A stretch of DNA of 64,000 nt, from contig OZ024742.1 of NCBI GenBank assembly GCA_964016885.1, forward strand, positions 63,116,001-63,180,000, given 5' to 3'. Under the pieces are notes generated by a model. It was not told where the DNA came from and made no database searches. It saw only the letters and a program-made list of their open reading frames with translations. The DNA comes from Eledone cirrhosa (lineage: Eukaryota). Shown one piece after another: positions 26,301-39,500 of this stretch. The position numbers and the translations under genes are program-made. Each line of letters opens with the position of its first letter. Positions within the stretch are counted from its first letter, which is position 1.

Positions 26301-29300
26301 TCTCTTAACTTCTTACTACCTGTCTCTCAGTCAGTCTGTCATCTCTTAACTTCGTACTACCTGTCTCTCTGTCAGTCTGTCATCTCTTAACTTCTAACTA
26401 CCTGTCTCTCTGTCAGTTTGTCATCTCTTAACTTCTTACTACCTCTCTCTCAGTCAGTATGTCTTCTCTTAACTTCTTACTACCTGTCTCTCTGTCAGTC
26501 TGTCATGTCTTAACTTCTTACTACCTGTCTCTCAGTCAGTCTGTCTTCTCTTAACTTCTTACTACCTGTCTCTCTGCCAGTCTGTCATCTCTTAACTTCT
26601 TACTACATGTCTCTCTGTCAGTCTGTCTTCTCTTAACTTCTTACTCCCTGTCTCTCTGTCAGTCTGTCATCTCTTAACTTCTTACTACCTGTCTCTCAGT
26701 CAGTCTGTCATCTCTTAACTTCGTACTACCTGTCCCTCTGTCAGTCTGTCATCTCTTAACTTCTAACTACCTGTCTCTCTGTCAGTTTGTCATCTCTTAA
26801 CTTCTTACTACCTCTCTCTCAGTCAGTCTGTCTTCTCTTAACTTCTTACTACCTGTCTCTCTGTCAGTCTGTCATCTCTTAACTTCTTACTACCTGTCTC
26901 TCAGTCAGTCTGTCATCTCTTAACTTTTTACTACTTGTCTCTCTTTCAGTCTCTCTTCTCTTAACTTCTTACTACCTGTCTCTCTGTCAGTCTTTCATCT
27001 CTTAACTTCTTACTACCTGTCTCTCTGTCAGTCTTTCATCTCTTAACTTCTTACTACCTGTCTCTCTGTCAGTCTGTCTTCTCTTAACTTCTTACTACCT
27101 GTCTCACTGTCAGTCAGTCATCTCTTAACTTCTTACTACCTGTCTCTCTGTCAGTCTGTCAGCTCTTAACTTCTTACTACCTGTCTCTCTGTCAGTCTGT
27201 CATCTCTTAACTTCTTACTATCTGTCTCTCTGTCAGTCTGTGTTCTCTTAACTCCTTACTACCTGCCTCAATGTCAGTCTGTCATCTCTTAACTTCTTAC
27301 TACCTGTCTCTCTGTCAGTCTGTCATCTCTTAACTTCTAACTACCTGTCTCTCTGTCAGTTTGTCATCTCTTAACTTCTTACTACCTCTCTCTCAGTCAG
27401 TCTGTCTTCTCTTAACTTCTTACTACCTGTCTCTCTGTCAGTCTGTCATCTCTTAACTTCTTACTACCTGTCTCTCTGTCAGTCTGTCATCTCTTAACTT
27501 CTTACTACCTGTCTCTCAGTCAGTCTGTCATCTCTTAACTTCTTACTACTTGTCTCTCTTTCAGTCTGTCTTCTCTTAACTTCTTACTACCTGTCTCTCT
27601 GTCAGTCTGTCTTCTCTTAACTTCTTACTACCTGTCTCACTGTCAGTCTGTCATCTCTTAACTTCTTACTACCTGTCTCTCTGTCAGTCTGTCATCTCTT
27701 AACTTCTTACTACCTGTCTCTCTGTCAGTCTGTCTTCTCTTAACTTCTTACTACCTGTCTCTCTGTCAGTCTGTCATCTCTTAACTTCTTACTACCTGTC
27801 TCACTGTCAGTCAGTCATCTCTTAACTTTTTACTACTTGTCTCTCTTTCAGTCTGTCTTCTCTTAACTTCTTACTCCCTGTCTCTCTGTCAGTCTGTCAT
27901 CTCTTAACTTCTTACTATCTGTCTCTCTGTCAGTCTGTCTTCTCTTAACTTCTTAATACATGTCTCTCTATCAGTCTGTCTTCTCTTAACTTCTTACTAC
28001 CTGTCTCTCTGTCAGTCTGTCTTCTCTTAACTTCTTACTACCTGTCTCTCAGTCAGTCTGTCTTCTCTTAACTTCTTACTACTTGCCTCTCCGTCAGTCA
28101 GTCATCTCTTAACTTCTTACTACCTGTCTCTCTGTCAGTCTGTCTTCTCTTAACTTCTTACTACCTCTCTCTCTGTCAGTCTGTCTTCTCTTAACTTCTT
28201 ACTACCTGTCTCTCTGTCAGTCTGTCATCTCTTAACTTCTTACAACCTGTCTCTCAGTCAGTCTGTCTTCTCTTAACTTCTTACTACCTGTCTCTCAGTC
28301 AGTCTGTCTTCTCTTAACTTCTTACTACCTGTCTCTCTGTCAGTCTGTCATCTCTTAACTTCTTACTACATGTCTCTCTGTCAGTCTGTCTTCTCTTAAC
28401 TTCTTACTACCTGTCTCTCTGTCAGTCTGTCATCTCTTAACTTCTTACTACCTGTCTCTCAGTCAGTCTGTCATCTCTTAACTTTTTACTACTTGTCTCT
28501 CTTTCAGTCTCTCTTCTCTTAACTTCTTACTACCTGTCTCTCTGTCAGTCTGTCTTCTATTAACTTCTTGCTACCTGTCTCTCTGTCAGTCTGTCATGTC
28601 TTAACTTCTTACTACCTGTCTCTCAGTCATTCTGTCTTCTCTTAACTTCTTACTACCTGTCTCTCAGTCAGTCTGTCTTCTCTTAACTTCTTACTACCTG
28701 TCTCTCTGTCAGTCTGTCTTCTCTTAACTTCTTACTACCTGTCTCTCTGTCAGTCTGTCATCTCTTAACTTCTTACTACCTGTCTCTCAGTCAGTCTGTC
28801 TTCTCTTAACTTCTTACTACCTGTCTCTCTGTCAGTCTGTCATCTCTTAACTTCTTACTACATGTCTCTCTGTCAGTCTGTCTTCTCTTAACTTCTTACT
28901 ACCTGTCTCTCTGTCAGTCTGTCATCTCTTAACTTCTTACTACCTGTCTCTCAGTCAGTCTGTCATCTCTTAACTTCGTACTACCTGTCTCTCTGTCAGT
29001 CTGTCATCTCTTAACTTCTAACTACCTGTCTCTCTGTCAGTTTGTCATCTCTTAACTTCTTACTACCTCTCTCTCAGTCAGTCTGTCTTCTCTTAACTTC
29101 TTACTACCTGTCTCTCTGTCAGTCTGTCATCTCTTAACTTCTTACTACCTGTCTCTCAGTCAGTCTGTCTTCTCTTAACTTCTTACTACCTGTCTCTCAG
29201 TCAGTCTGTCTTCTCTTAACTTCTTACTACCTGCCTCTCTGTCAGTCTGTCATCTCTTAACTTCTTACTACCTGTCTCTCTGTCAGTCTGTCTTCTCTTA

Positions 29301-30450
29301 ACTTCTTACTACCTGTCTCTCTGTCAGTCTGTCTTCTCTTAACTTCTTACTACCTGTCTCTCTGTCAGTCTGTCATCTCTTAACTTCTTACTACCTGTCT
29401 CTCTGTCAGTCTGTCATCTCTTAACTTCTTACTACCTGTCTCTCAGTCAGTCTGTCATCTCTTAACTTTTTACTACTTGTCTCTCTTTCAGTCTCTCTTC
29501 TCTTAACTTCTTACTACCTGTCTCTCTGTCAGTTTTTCATCTCTTAACTTCTTACTACCTGTCTCTCTGTCAGTCTGTCATCTCTTAACTTCTTACTATC
29601 TGTCTCTCTGTCAGTCTGTCATGTCTTAACTTCTTACTACCTGTCTCTCTGTCAGTCTCTCTTCTCGTAACTTCTTACTACATGTCTCTCTGTCAGTCTG
29701 TCTTCTCTTAACTTCTTACTACCTGTCTCTCTGTCAGTCTGTCATCTCTTAACTTCTTACTACCTGTCTCTCAGTCAGTCTGTCATCTCTTAACTTTTTA
29801 CTACTTGTCTCTCTTTCAGTCTCTCTTCTCTTAACTTCTTACTACCTGTCTCTCTGTCAGTCTGTCTTCTATTAACTTCTTGCTACCTGTCTCTCTGTCA
29901 GTCTGTCATGTCTTAACTTCTTACTACCTGTCTCTCAGTCAGTCTGTCTTCTCTTAACTTCTTACTACCTGTCTCTCAGTCAGCCTGTCTTCTCTTAACT
30001 TCTTACTACCTGTCTCTCTGTCAGTCTGTCTTCTCTTAACTTCTTACTACCTGTCTCTCTGTCAGTCTGTCATCTCTTAACTTCTTACTACCTGTCTCTC
30101 AGTCAGTCTGTCTTCTCTTAACTTCTTACTACCTGTCTCTCTGCCAGTCTGTCATCTCTTAACTTCTTACTACATGTCTCTCTGTCAGTCTGTCTTCTCT
30201 TAACTTCTTACTCCCTGTCTCTCTGTCAGTCTGTCATCTCTTAACTTCTTACTACCTGTCTCTCAGTCAGTCTGTCATCTCTTAACTTCGTACTACCTGT
30301 CTCTCTGTCAGTCTGTCATCTCTTAACTTCTAACTACCTGTCTCTCTGTCAGTTTGTCATCTCTTAACTTCTTACTACCTCTCTCTCAGTCAGTATGTCT
30401 TCTCTTAACTTCTTACTACCTGTCTCTCTGTCATGTCTTAACTTCTTACT
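23400..30450. repeat. Tandem duplication of about 3.8-3.9 kb, with a related partial copy at about 18.7-20.9 kb
   Basis: TCTTAATACATG at 24171/27951 and GCCTCAATG at 23485/27265 (offset 3780 = 92x41+8). CAGTATG at 26455/30391 (offset 3936 = 96x41). The TAATAC and TCATTC markers also occur at about 19412 and 20211. Confidence 0.85.
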
Positions 30451-33400
30451 ACCTGTCTCTCAGTCAGTCTGTCTTCTCTTAACTTCTTACTACCTGTCTC
30501 TCAGTCAGCCTGTCTTCTCTTAACTTCTTACTACCTGTCTCTCTGTCAGTCTGTCTTCTCTTAACTTCTTACTACCTGTCTCTCTGTCAGTCTGTCATCT
30601 CTTAACTTCTTACTACCTGTCTCTCAGTCAGTCTGTCTTCTCTTAACTTCTTACTACCTGTCTCTCTGCCAGTCTGTCATCTCTTAACTTCTTACTACAT
30701 GTCTCTCTGTCAGTCTGTCTTCTCTTAACTTCTTACTCCCTGTCTCTCTGTCAGTCTGTCATCTCTTAACTTCTTACTACCTGTCTCTCAGTCAGTCTGT
30801 CATCTCTTAACTTCGTACTACCTGTCCCTCTGTCAGTCTGTCATCTCTTAACTTCTAACTACCTGTCTCTCTGTCAGTTTGTCATCTCTTAACTTCTTAC
30901 TACCTCTCTCTCAGTCAGTCTGTCTTCTCTTAACTTCTTACTACCTGTCTCTCTGTCAGTCTGTCATCTCTTAACTTCTTACTACCTGTCTCTCAGTCAG
31001 TCTGTCATCTCTTAACTTTTTACTACTTGTCTCTCTTTCAGTCTCTCTTCTCTTAACTTCTTACTACCTGTCTCTCTGTCAGTCTTTCATCTCTTAACTT
31101 CTTACTACCTGTCTCTCTGTCAGTCTGTCTTCTCTTAACTTCTTACTACCTGTCTCACTGTCAGTCAGTCATCTCTTAACTTCTTACTACCTGTCTCTCT
31201 GTCAGTCTGTCAGCTCTTAACTTCTTACTACCTGTCTCTCTGTCAGTCTGTCTTCTATTAACTTCTTGCTACCTCTCTCTCTGTCAGTCTGTCATGTCTT
31301 AACTTCTTACTACCTGTCTCTCTGTCAGTCTGTCATCTCTTAACTTCTTACTACCTGTCTCTCTGTCAGTCTGTCTTCTCTTAACTTCTTACTACATGTC
31401 TCTCTGTCAGTCTGTCTTCTCTTAACTTCTTACTACCTGTCTCTCTGTCAGTCTGTCATCTCTTAACTTCTTACTATCTGTCTCTCTGTCAGTCTGTGTT
31501 CTCTTAACTCCTTACTACCTGCCTCTCTGTCAGTCTGTCATCTCTTAACTTCTTACTACCTGTCTCTCTGTCAGTCTGTCTTCTCTTAACTTCTTACTAC
31601 CTGTCTCTCAGTCAGTCTGTCATCTCTTAACTTTTTACTACTTGTCTCTCTTTCAGTCTCTCTTCTCTTAACTTCTTACTACCTGTCTCTCAGTCAGTCT
31701 GTCTTCTCTTAACTTCTTACTACCTGTCTCTCTGTCAGTCTGTCATCTCTTAACTTCTTACTACCTGTCTCTCAGTCAGTCTGTCTTCTCTTAACTTCTT
31801 ACTACCTGTCCCTCTGTCAGTCTGTCATCTCTTAACTTCTTACTACCTGTCTCTCTGTCAGTCTGTCTTCTCTTAACTTCTTACTACCTGTCTCTCAGTC
31901 AGTCTGTCATCTCTTAACTTTTTACTACTTGTCTCTCTTTCAGTCTCTCTTCTCTTAACTTCTTACTACCTGTCTCTCAGTCAGTCTGTCTTCTCTTAAC
32001 TTCTTACTACCTGTCTCTCTGTCAGTCTGTCATCTCTTAACTTCTTACTACCTGTCTCTCTGTCAGTCTGTCTTCTCTTAACTTCTTACTACCTGTCCCT
32101 CTGTCAGTCTGTCATCTCTTAACTTCTAACTACCTGTCTCTCTGTCAGTTTGTCATCTCTTAACTCCTTACTACCTGCCTCTCTGTCAGTCTGTCATCTC
32201 TTAACTTCTTACTACCTGTCTCTCTGTCAGTCTGTCATCTCTTAACTTCTTACTACCTGTCTCTCAGTCAGTCTGTCATCTCTTAACTTTTTACTACTTG
32301 TCTCTCTTTCAGTCTCTCTTCTCTTAACTTCTTACTACCTGTCTCTCAGTCAGTCTGTCTTCTCTTAACTTCTTACTACCTGTCTCTCTGTCAGTCTGTC
32401 ATCTCTTAACTTCTTACTACCTGTCTCTCTGTCAGTCTGTCTTCTCTTAACTTCTTACTACCTGTCCCTCTGTCAGTCTGTCATCTCTTAACTTCTAACT
32501 ACCTGTCTCTCTGTCAGTTTGTCATCTCTTAACTTCTTACTACCTCTCTCTCAGTCAGTCTGTCTTCTCTTAACTTCTTACTACCTGTCTCTCTGTCAGT
32601 CTGTCATCTCTTAACTTCTTACTACCTGTCTCTCAGTCAGTCTGTCATCTCTTAACTTTTTACTACTTGTCTCTCTTTCAGTCTCTCTTCTCTTAACTTC
32701 TTACTACCTGTCTCTCTGTCAGTCTTTCATCTCTTAACTTCTTACTACCTGTCTCTCTGTCAGTCTGTCTTCTCTTAACTTCTTACTACCTGTCTCACTG
32801 TCAGTCAGTCATCTCTTAACTTCTTACTACCTGTCTCTCTGTCAGTCTGTCAGCTCTTAACTTCTTACTACCTGTCTCTCTGTCAGTCTGTCTTCTATTA
32901 ACTTCTTGCTACCTCTCTCTCTGTCAGTCTGTCATGTCTTAACTTCTTACTACCTGTCTCTCTGTCAGTCTGTCATCTCTTAACTTCTTACTACCTGTCT
33001 CTCAGTCAGTCTGTCATCTCTTAACTTCGTACTACCTGTCCCTCTGTCAGTCTGTCATCTCTTAACTTCTAACTACCTGTCTCTCTGTCAGTTTGTCATC
33101 TCTTAACTTCTTACTACCTCTCTCTCAGTCAGTCTGTCTTCTCTTAACTTCTTACTACCTGTCTCTCTGTCAGTCTGTCATCTCTTAACTTCTTACTACC
33201 TGTCTCTCAGTCAGTCTGTCATCTCTTAACTTTTTACTACTTGTCTCTCTTTCAGTCTCTCTTCTCTTAACTTCTTACTACCTGTCTCTCTGTCAGTCTT
33301 TCATCTCTTAACTTCTTACTACCTGTCTCTCTGTCAGTCTGTCTTCTCTTAACTTCTTACTACCTGTCTCACTGTCAGTCAGTCATCTCTTAACTTCTTA

Positions 33401-33569
33401 CTACCTGTCTCTCTGTCAGTCTGTCAGCTCTTAACTTCTTACTACCTGTCTCTCTGTCAGTCTGTCTTCTATTAACTTCTTGCTACCTCTCTCTCTGTCA
33501 GTCTGTCATGTCTTAACTTCTTACTACCTGTCTCTCTGTCAGTCTGTCATCTCTTAACTTCTTACTACC

Positions 33570-36500
33570 TGTCTCTCAGTCAGTCTGTCATCTCTTAACT
33601 TTTTACTACTTGTCTCTCTTTCAGTCTCTCTTCTCTTAACTTCTTACTACCTGTCTCTCAGTCAGTCTGTCTTCTCTTAACTTCTTACTACCTGTCTCTC
33701 TGTCAGTCTGTCATCTCTTAACTTCTTACTACCTGTCTCTCAGTCAGTCTGTCATCTCTTAACTCTTTACTACTTGTCTCTCCTTCAGTCTCTCTTCTCT
33801 TAACTTCTTACTACCTGTCTCTCTGTCAGTCTGTCTTCTCTTAACTTCTTACTACATGTCTCTCTGTCAGTCTGTCTTCTCTTAACTTCTTACTACCTGT
33901 CTCTCTGTCAGTCTGTCATCTCTTAACTTCTTACTACCTGTCTCTCAGTCAGTCTGTCTTCTCTTAACTTCTTACTACCTGTCTCTCTGTCAGTCTGTCA
34001 TCTCTTAACTTCTTACTACATGTCTTTCTGTCAATCTGTCTTCTCTTAACTTCTTACTACCTGTCTCTCTGTCAGTCTGTCATCTCTTAACTTCTTACTA
34101 CATGTCTCTCAGTCAGTCTGTCATCTCTTAAATTCTTACTACCTGTCTCTCTGTCAGTCTGTCATCTCTTAACTTCTTGCTACATGTCTCTCTGTCAGTC
34201 TCTCTTCTCTTAACTTCGTACTACCTGCCTCTCTGTCAGTCTGTCATCTCTTAACTTCTTACTACCTGTCTCTCTGTCAGTCTGTCTTCTCTTAACTTCT
34301 TACTACCTGTCTCTCTGTCAGTCTGTCATCTCTTAACTACTTACTATCTGTCTCTCTGTCAGTCTGTGTTCTCTTAACTCCTTACTACTTGTCTCTCTGT
34401 CAGTCTGTCATCTCTTAACTTCTTGCTACATGTCTCTCTGTCAGTCTCTCTTCTCTTAACTTCGTACTACCTGTCTCTCTGTCAGTCTGTCATCTCTTAA
34501 CTTCTAACTACCTGTCTCTCTGTCAGTTTGTCATCTCTTAACTTCTTACTACCTCTCTCTCAGTCAGTCTGTCTTCTCTTAACTTGTTACTACCTGTCTC
34601 TCTGTCAGTCTGTCATCTCTTAACTTCTTACTACCTGTCTCTCTGTCAGTCTGTCTTCTCTTAACTTCTTACTACCTGTCTCTCTGTCAGTCTGTCATCT
34701 CTTAACTTCTTACTACTTGTCTCTCAGTCAGTCTGTCTTCTCTTAACTTCTTACTACCTGTCTCTCAGTCAGTCTGTCTTCTCTTAACATCTTACTACCT
34801 GTCTCTCTGTCAGTCTGTCATCTCTTAACTTCTTACTACATGTCTCTCTGTCAGTCTGTCTTCTCTTAACTTCTTACTACCTGTCTCTCTGTCAGTCTGT
34901 CATCTCTTAACTTCTTACTACCTGTCTCTCAGTCAGTCTGTCATCTCCTCACTTTTTACTATTTGTCTCTCTTTCAGTCTCTCTTCTCTTAACTTCTTAC
35001 TACCTGTCTCTCTGTCAGTCTTTCACCTCTTAACTTCTTACTACCTGTCTCTCTGTCAGTCTGTCTTCTCTTAACTTCTTACTACCTGTCTCACTGTCAG
35101 TCAGTCATCTCTTAACTTCTTACTACCTGTCTCTCTGTCAGTCTGTCAGCTCTTAACTTCTTACTACCTGTCTCTCTGTCAGTCTGTCTTCTATTAACTT
35201 CTTGCTACCTGTCTCTCTGTCAGTCTGTCATGTCTTAACTTCTTACTACCTGTCTCTCTTTCAGTCTGTCATCTCTTAACTTCTTACTACCTGTCTCTCT
35301 GTCAGTCTGTGTTCTCTTAACTCCTTACTACCTGCCTCTCTGTAAGTCTGTCATCTCTTAACTTCTTACTACCTGTCTCTCTGTCAGTCTGTCTTCTCTT
35401 AACTTCTTACTACCTGTCTCTCAGTCAGTCTGTCATCTCTTAACTTTTTACTACTTGTCTCTCTTTCAGTCTCTCTTCTCTTAACTTCTTACTACCTGTC
35501 TCTCTGTCAGTCTTTCATCTCTTAACTTCTTACTACCTGTCTCTCTGTCAGTCTGTCATCTCTTAACTTCTTACTACCTGTCTCTCTGTCAGTCTGTCAC
35601 CTCTTAACTACTTACTATCTGTCTCTCTGTCAGTCTGTGTTCTCTTAACTCCTTACTACTTGTCTCTCTGTCAGTCTGTCATCTCTTAACTTCTTGCTAC
35701 ATGTCTCTCTGTCAGTCTCTCTTCTCTTAACTTCTTACTACCTGTCTCTCTGTCAGTCTGTCATCTCTTAACTTCTTACTACCTGTCTCTCTGTCAGTCT
35801 GTCTTCTCTTAACTTCTTACTACCTGTCTCTCTGTCAGTCCGTCATCTCTTAACTTCTTACTACCTCTCTCTCAGTCAGTCTGTCTTCTCTTAACTTCTT
35901 ACTACCTGTCTCTCTGTTAGTCTGTCATCTCTTAACTTCTTACTACCTGTCTCTCAGTCAGTCTGTCATCTCTTAACTTCTTACTACTTGTCTCTCTTTC
36001 AGTCTCTCTTCTCTTAACTTCTTACTACCTGTCTCTCTGTCAGTCCTTCATCTCTTAACTTCTTACTACCTGTCTCTCTGTCAGTCTCTCTTCTCTTAAC
36101 TTCTTACTACCTGTCTCTCAGTCAGTCTGTCATCTCTTAACTTTTTACTATTTGTCTCTCATTCAGTCTCTCTTCACTTAACATCTTACTACCGGTCTCT
36201 CTGTCAGTCTGTCATCTCTTAACTTCTTACTACATGTCTCTCTGTCAGTCTGTCATCTCTTAACTTCTTACTACCTGTCTCTCTGTCAGTCTGTCATCTC
36301 TTAACTTCTTACTACCTGTCTCTCTTTCAGTCTGTCATCTCTTAACTTCTTACTACCTGTCTCTCTGTCAGTCTGTCTTCTCTTAACTTCTTACTACCTG
36401 TCTCTCTGTCAGTCTGTCATCTCTTAACTTCTTACTACCTGTCTCTCTTTCAGTCTGTCATCTCTTAACTTCTTACTACCTGTCCCTCTGTCAGTCTGTC

Positions 36501-39500
36501 ATCTCTTAACTTCTAACTACCTGTCTCTCTGTCAGTTTGTCATCTCTTAACTTCTTACTACCTCTCTCTCAGTCAGTCTGTCTTCTCTTAACTTCTTACT
36601 ACCTGTCTCTCTGTCAGTCTGTCATCTCTTAACTTCTTACTACCTGTCTCTCAGTCAGTCTGTCATCTCTTAACTTTTTACTACTTGTCTCTCTTTCAGT
36701 CTCTCTTCTCTTAACTTCTTACTACCTGTCTCTCTGTCAGTCTTTCATCTCTTAACTTCTTACTACCTGTCTCTCTGTCAGTCTGTCTTCTCTTAACTTC
36801 TTACTACCTGTCTCACTGTCAGTCAGTCATCTCTTAACTTCTTACTACCTGTCTCTCTGTCAGTCTGTCAGCTCTTAACTTCTTACTACCTGTCTCTCTG
36901 TCAGTCTGTCTTCTATTAACTTCTTGCTACCTCTCTCTCTGTCAGTCTGTCATGTCTTAACTTCTTACTACCTGTCTCTCTGTCAGTCTGTCATCTCTTA
37001 ACTTCTTACTACCTGTCTCTCTGTCAGTCTGTCTTCTCTTAACTTCTTACTACATGTCTCTCTGTCAGTCTGTCTTCTCTTAACTTCTTACTACCTGTCT
37101 CTCTGTCAGTCTGTCATCTCTTAACTTCTTACTATCTGTCTCTCTGTCAGTCTGTGTTCTCTTAACTCCTTACTACCTGCCTCTCTGTCAGTCTGTCATC
37201 TCTTAACTTCTTACTACCTGTCTCTCTGTCAGTCTGTCTTCTCTTAACTTCTTACTACCTGTCTCTCAGTCAGTCTGTCATCTCTTAACTTTTTACTACT
37301 TGTCTCTCTTTCAGTCTCTCTTCTCTTAACTTCTTACTACCTGTCTCTCAGTCAGTCTGTCTTCTCTTAACTTCTTACTACCTGTCTCTCTGTCAGTCTG
37401 TCATCTCTTAACTTCTTACTACCTGTCTCTCAGTCAGTCTGTCATCTCTTAACTCTTTACTACTTGTCTCTCCTTCAGTCTCTCTTCTCTTAACTTCTTA
37501 CTACCTGTCTCTCTGTCAGTCTGTCTTCTCTTAACTTCTTACTACATGTCTCTCTGTCAGTCTGTCTTCTCTTAACTTCTTACTACCTGTCTCTCTGTCA
37601 GTCTGTCATCTCTTAACTTCTTACTACCTGTCTCTCAGTCAGTCTGTCTTCTCTTAACTTCTTACTACCTGTCTCTCTGTCAGTCTGTCATCTCTTAACT
37701 TCTTACTACATGTCTTTCTGTCAATCTGTCTTCTCTTAACTTCTTACTACCTGTCTCTCTGTCAGTCTGTCATCTCTTAACTTCTTACTACATGTCTCTC
37801 AGTCAGTCTGTCATCTCTTAAATTCTTACTACCTGTCTCTCTGTCAGTCTGTCATCTCTTAACTTCTTGCTACATGTCTCTCTGTCAGTCTCTCTTCTCT
37901 TAACTTCGTACTACCTGCCTCTCTGTCAGTCTGTCATCTCTTAACTTCTTACTACCTGTCTCTCTGTCAGTCTGTCTTCTCTTAACTTCTTACTACCTGT
38001 CTCTCTGTCAGTCTGTCATCTCTTAACTACTTACTATCTGTCTCTCTGTCAGTCTGTGTTCTCTTAACTCCTTACTACTTGTCTCTCTGTCAGTCTGTCA
38101 TCTCTTAACTTCTTGCTACATGTCTCTCTGTCAGTCTCTCTTCTCTTAACTTCGTACTACCTGTCTCTCTGTCAGTCTGTCATCTCTTAACTTCTAACTA
38201 CCTGTCTCTCTGTCAGTTTGTCATCTCTTAACTTCTTACTACCTCTCTCTCAGTCAGTCTGTCTTCTCTTAACTTGTTACTACCTGTCTCTCTGTCAGTC
38301 TGTCATCTCTTAACTTCTTACTACCTGTCTCTCTGTCAGTCTGTCTTCTCTTAACTTCTTACTACCTGTCTCTCTGTCAGTCTGTCATCTCTTAACTTCT
38401 TACTACTTGTCTCTCAGTCAGTCTGTCTTCTCTTAACTTCTTACTACCTGTCTCTCAGTCAGTCTGTCTTCTCTTAACATCTTACTACCTGTCTCTCTGT
38501 CAGTCTGTCATCTCTTAACTTCTTACTACATGTCTCTCTGTCAGTCTGTCTTCTCTTAACTTCTTACTACCTGTCTCTCTGTCAGTCTGTCATCTCTTAA
38601 CTTCTTACTACCTGTCTCTCAGTCAGTCTGTCATCTCCTCACTTTTTACTATTTGTCTCTCTTTCAGTCTCTCTTCTCTTAACTTCTTACTACCTGTCTC
38701 TCTGTCAGTCTTTCACCTCTTAACTTCTTACTACCTGTCTCTCTGTCAGTCTGTCTTCTCTTAACTTCTTACTACCTGTCTCACTGTCAGTCAGTCATCT
38801 CTTAACTTCTTACTACCTGTCTCTCTGTCAGTCTGTCAGCTCTTAACTTCTTACTACCTGTCTCTCTGTCAGTCTGTCTTCTATTAACTTCTTGCTACCT
38901 GTCTCTCTGTCAGTCTGTCATGTCTTAACTTCTTACTACCTGTCTCTCTTTCAGTCTGTCATCTCTTAACTTCTTACTACCTGTCTCTCTGTCAGTCTGT
39001 GTTCTCTTAACTCCTTACTACCTGCCTCTCTGTAAGTCTGTCATCTCTTAACTTCTTACTACCTGTCTCTCTGTCAGTCTGTCTTCTCTTAACTTCTTAC
39101 TACCTGTCTCTCAGTCAGTCTGTCATCTCTTAACTTTTTACTACTTGTCTCTCTTTCAGTCTCTCTTCTCTTAACTTCTTACTACCTGTCTCTCTGTCAG
39201 TCTTTCATCTCTTAACTTCTTACTACCTGTCTCTCTGTCAGTCTGTCATCTCTTAACTTCTTACTACCTGTCTCTCTGTCAGTCTGTCATCTCTTAACTA
39301 CTTACTATCTGTCTCTCTGTCAGTCTGTGTTCTCTTAACTCCTTACTACTTGTCTCTCTGTCAGTCTGTCATCTCTTAACTTCTTGCTACATGTCTCTCT
39401 GTCAGTCTCTCTTCTCTTAACTTCTTACTACCTGTCTCTCTGTCAGTCTGTCATCTCTTAACTTCTTACTACCTGTCTCTCTGTCAGTCTGTCTTCTCTT

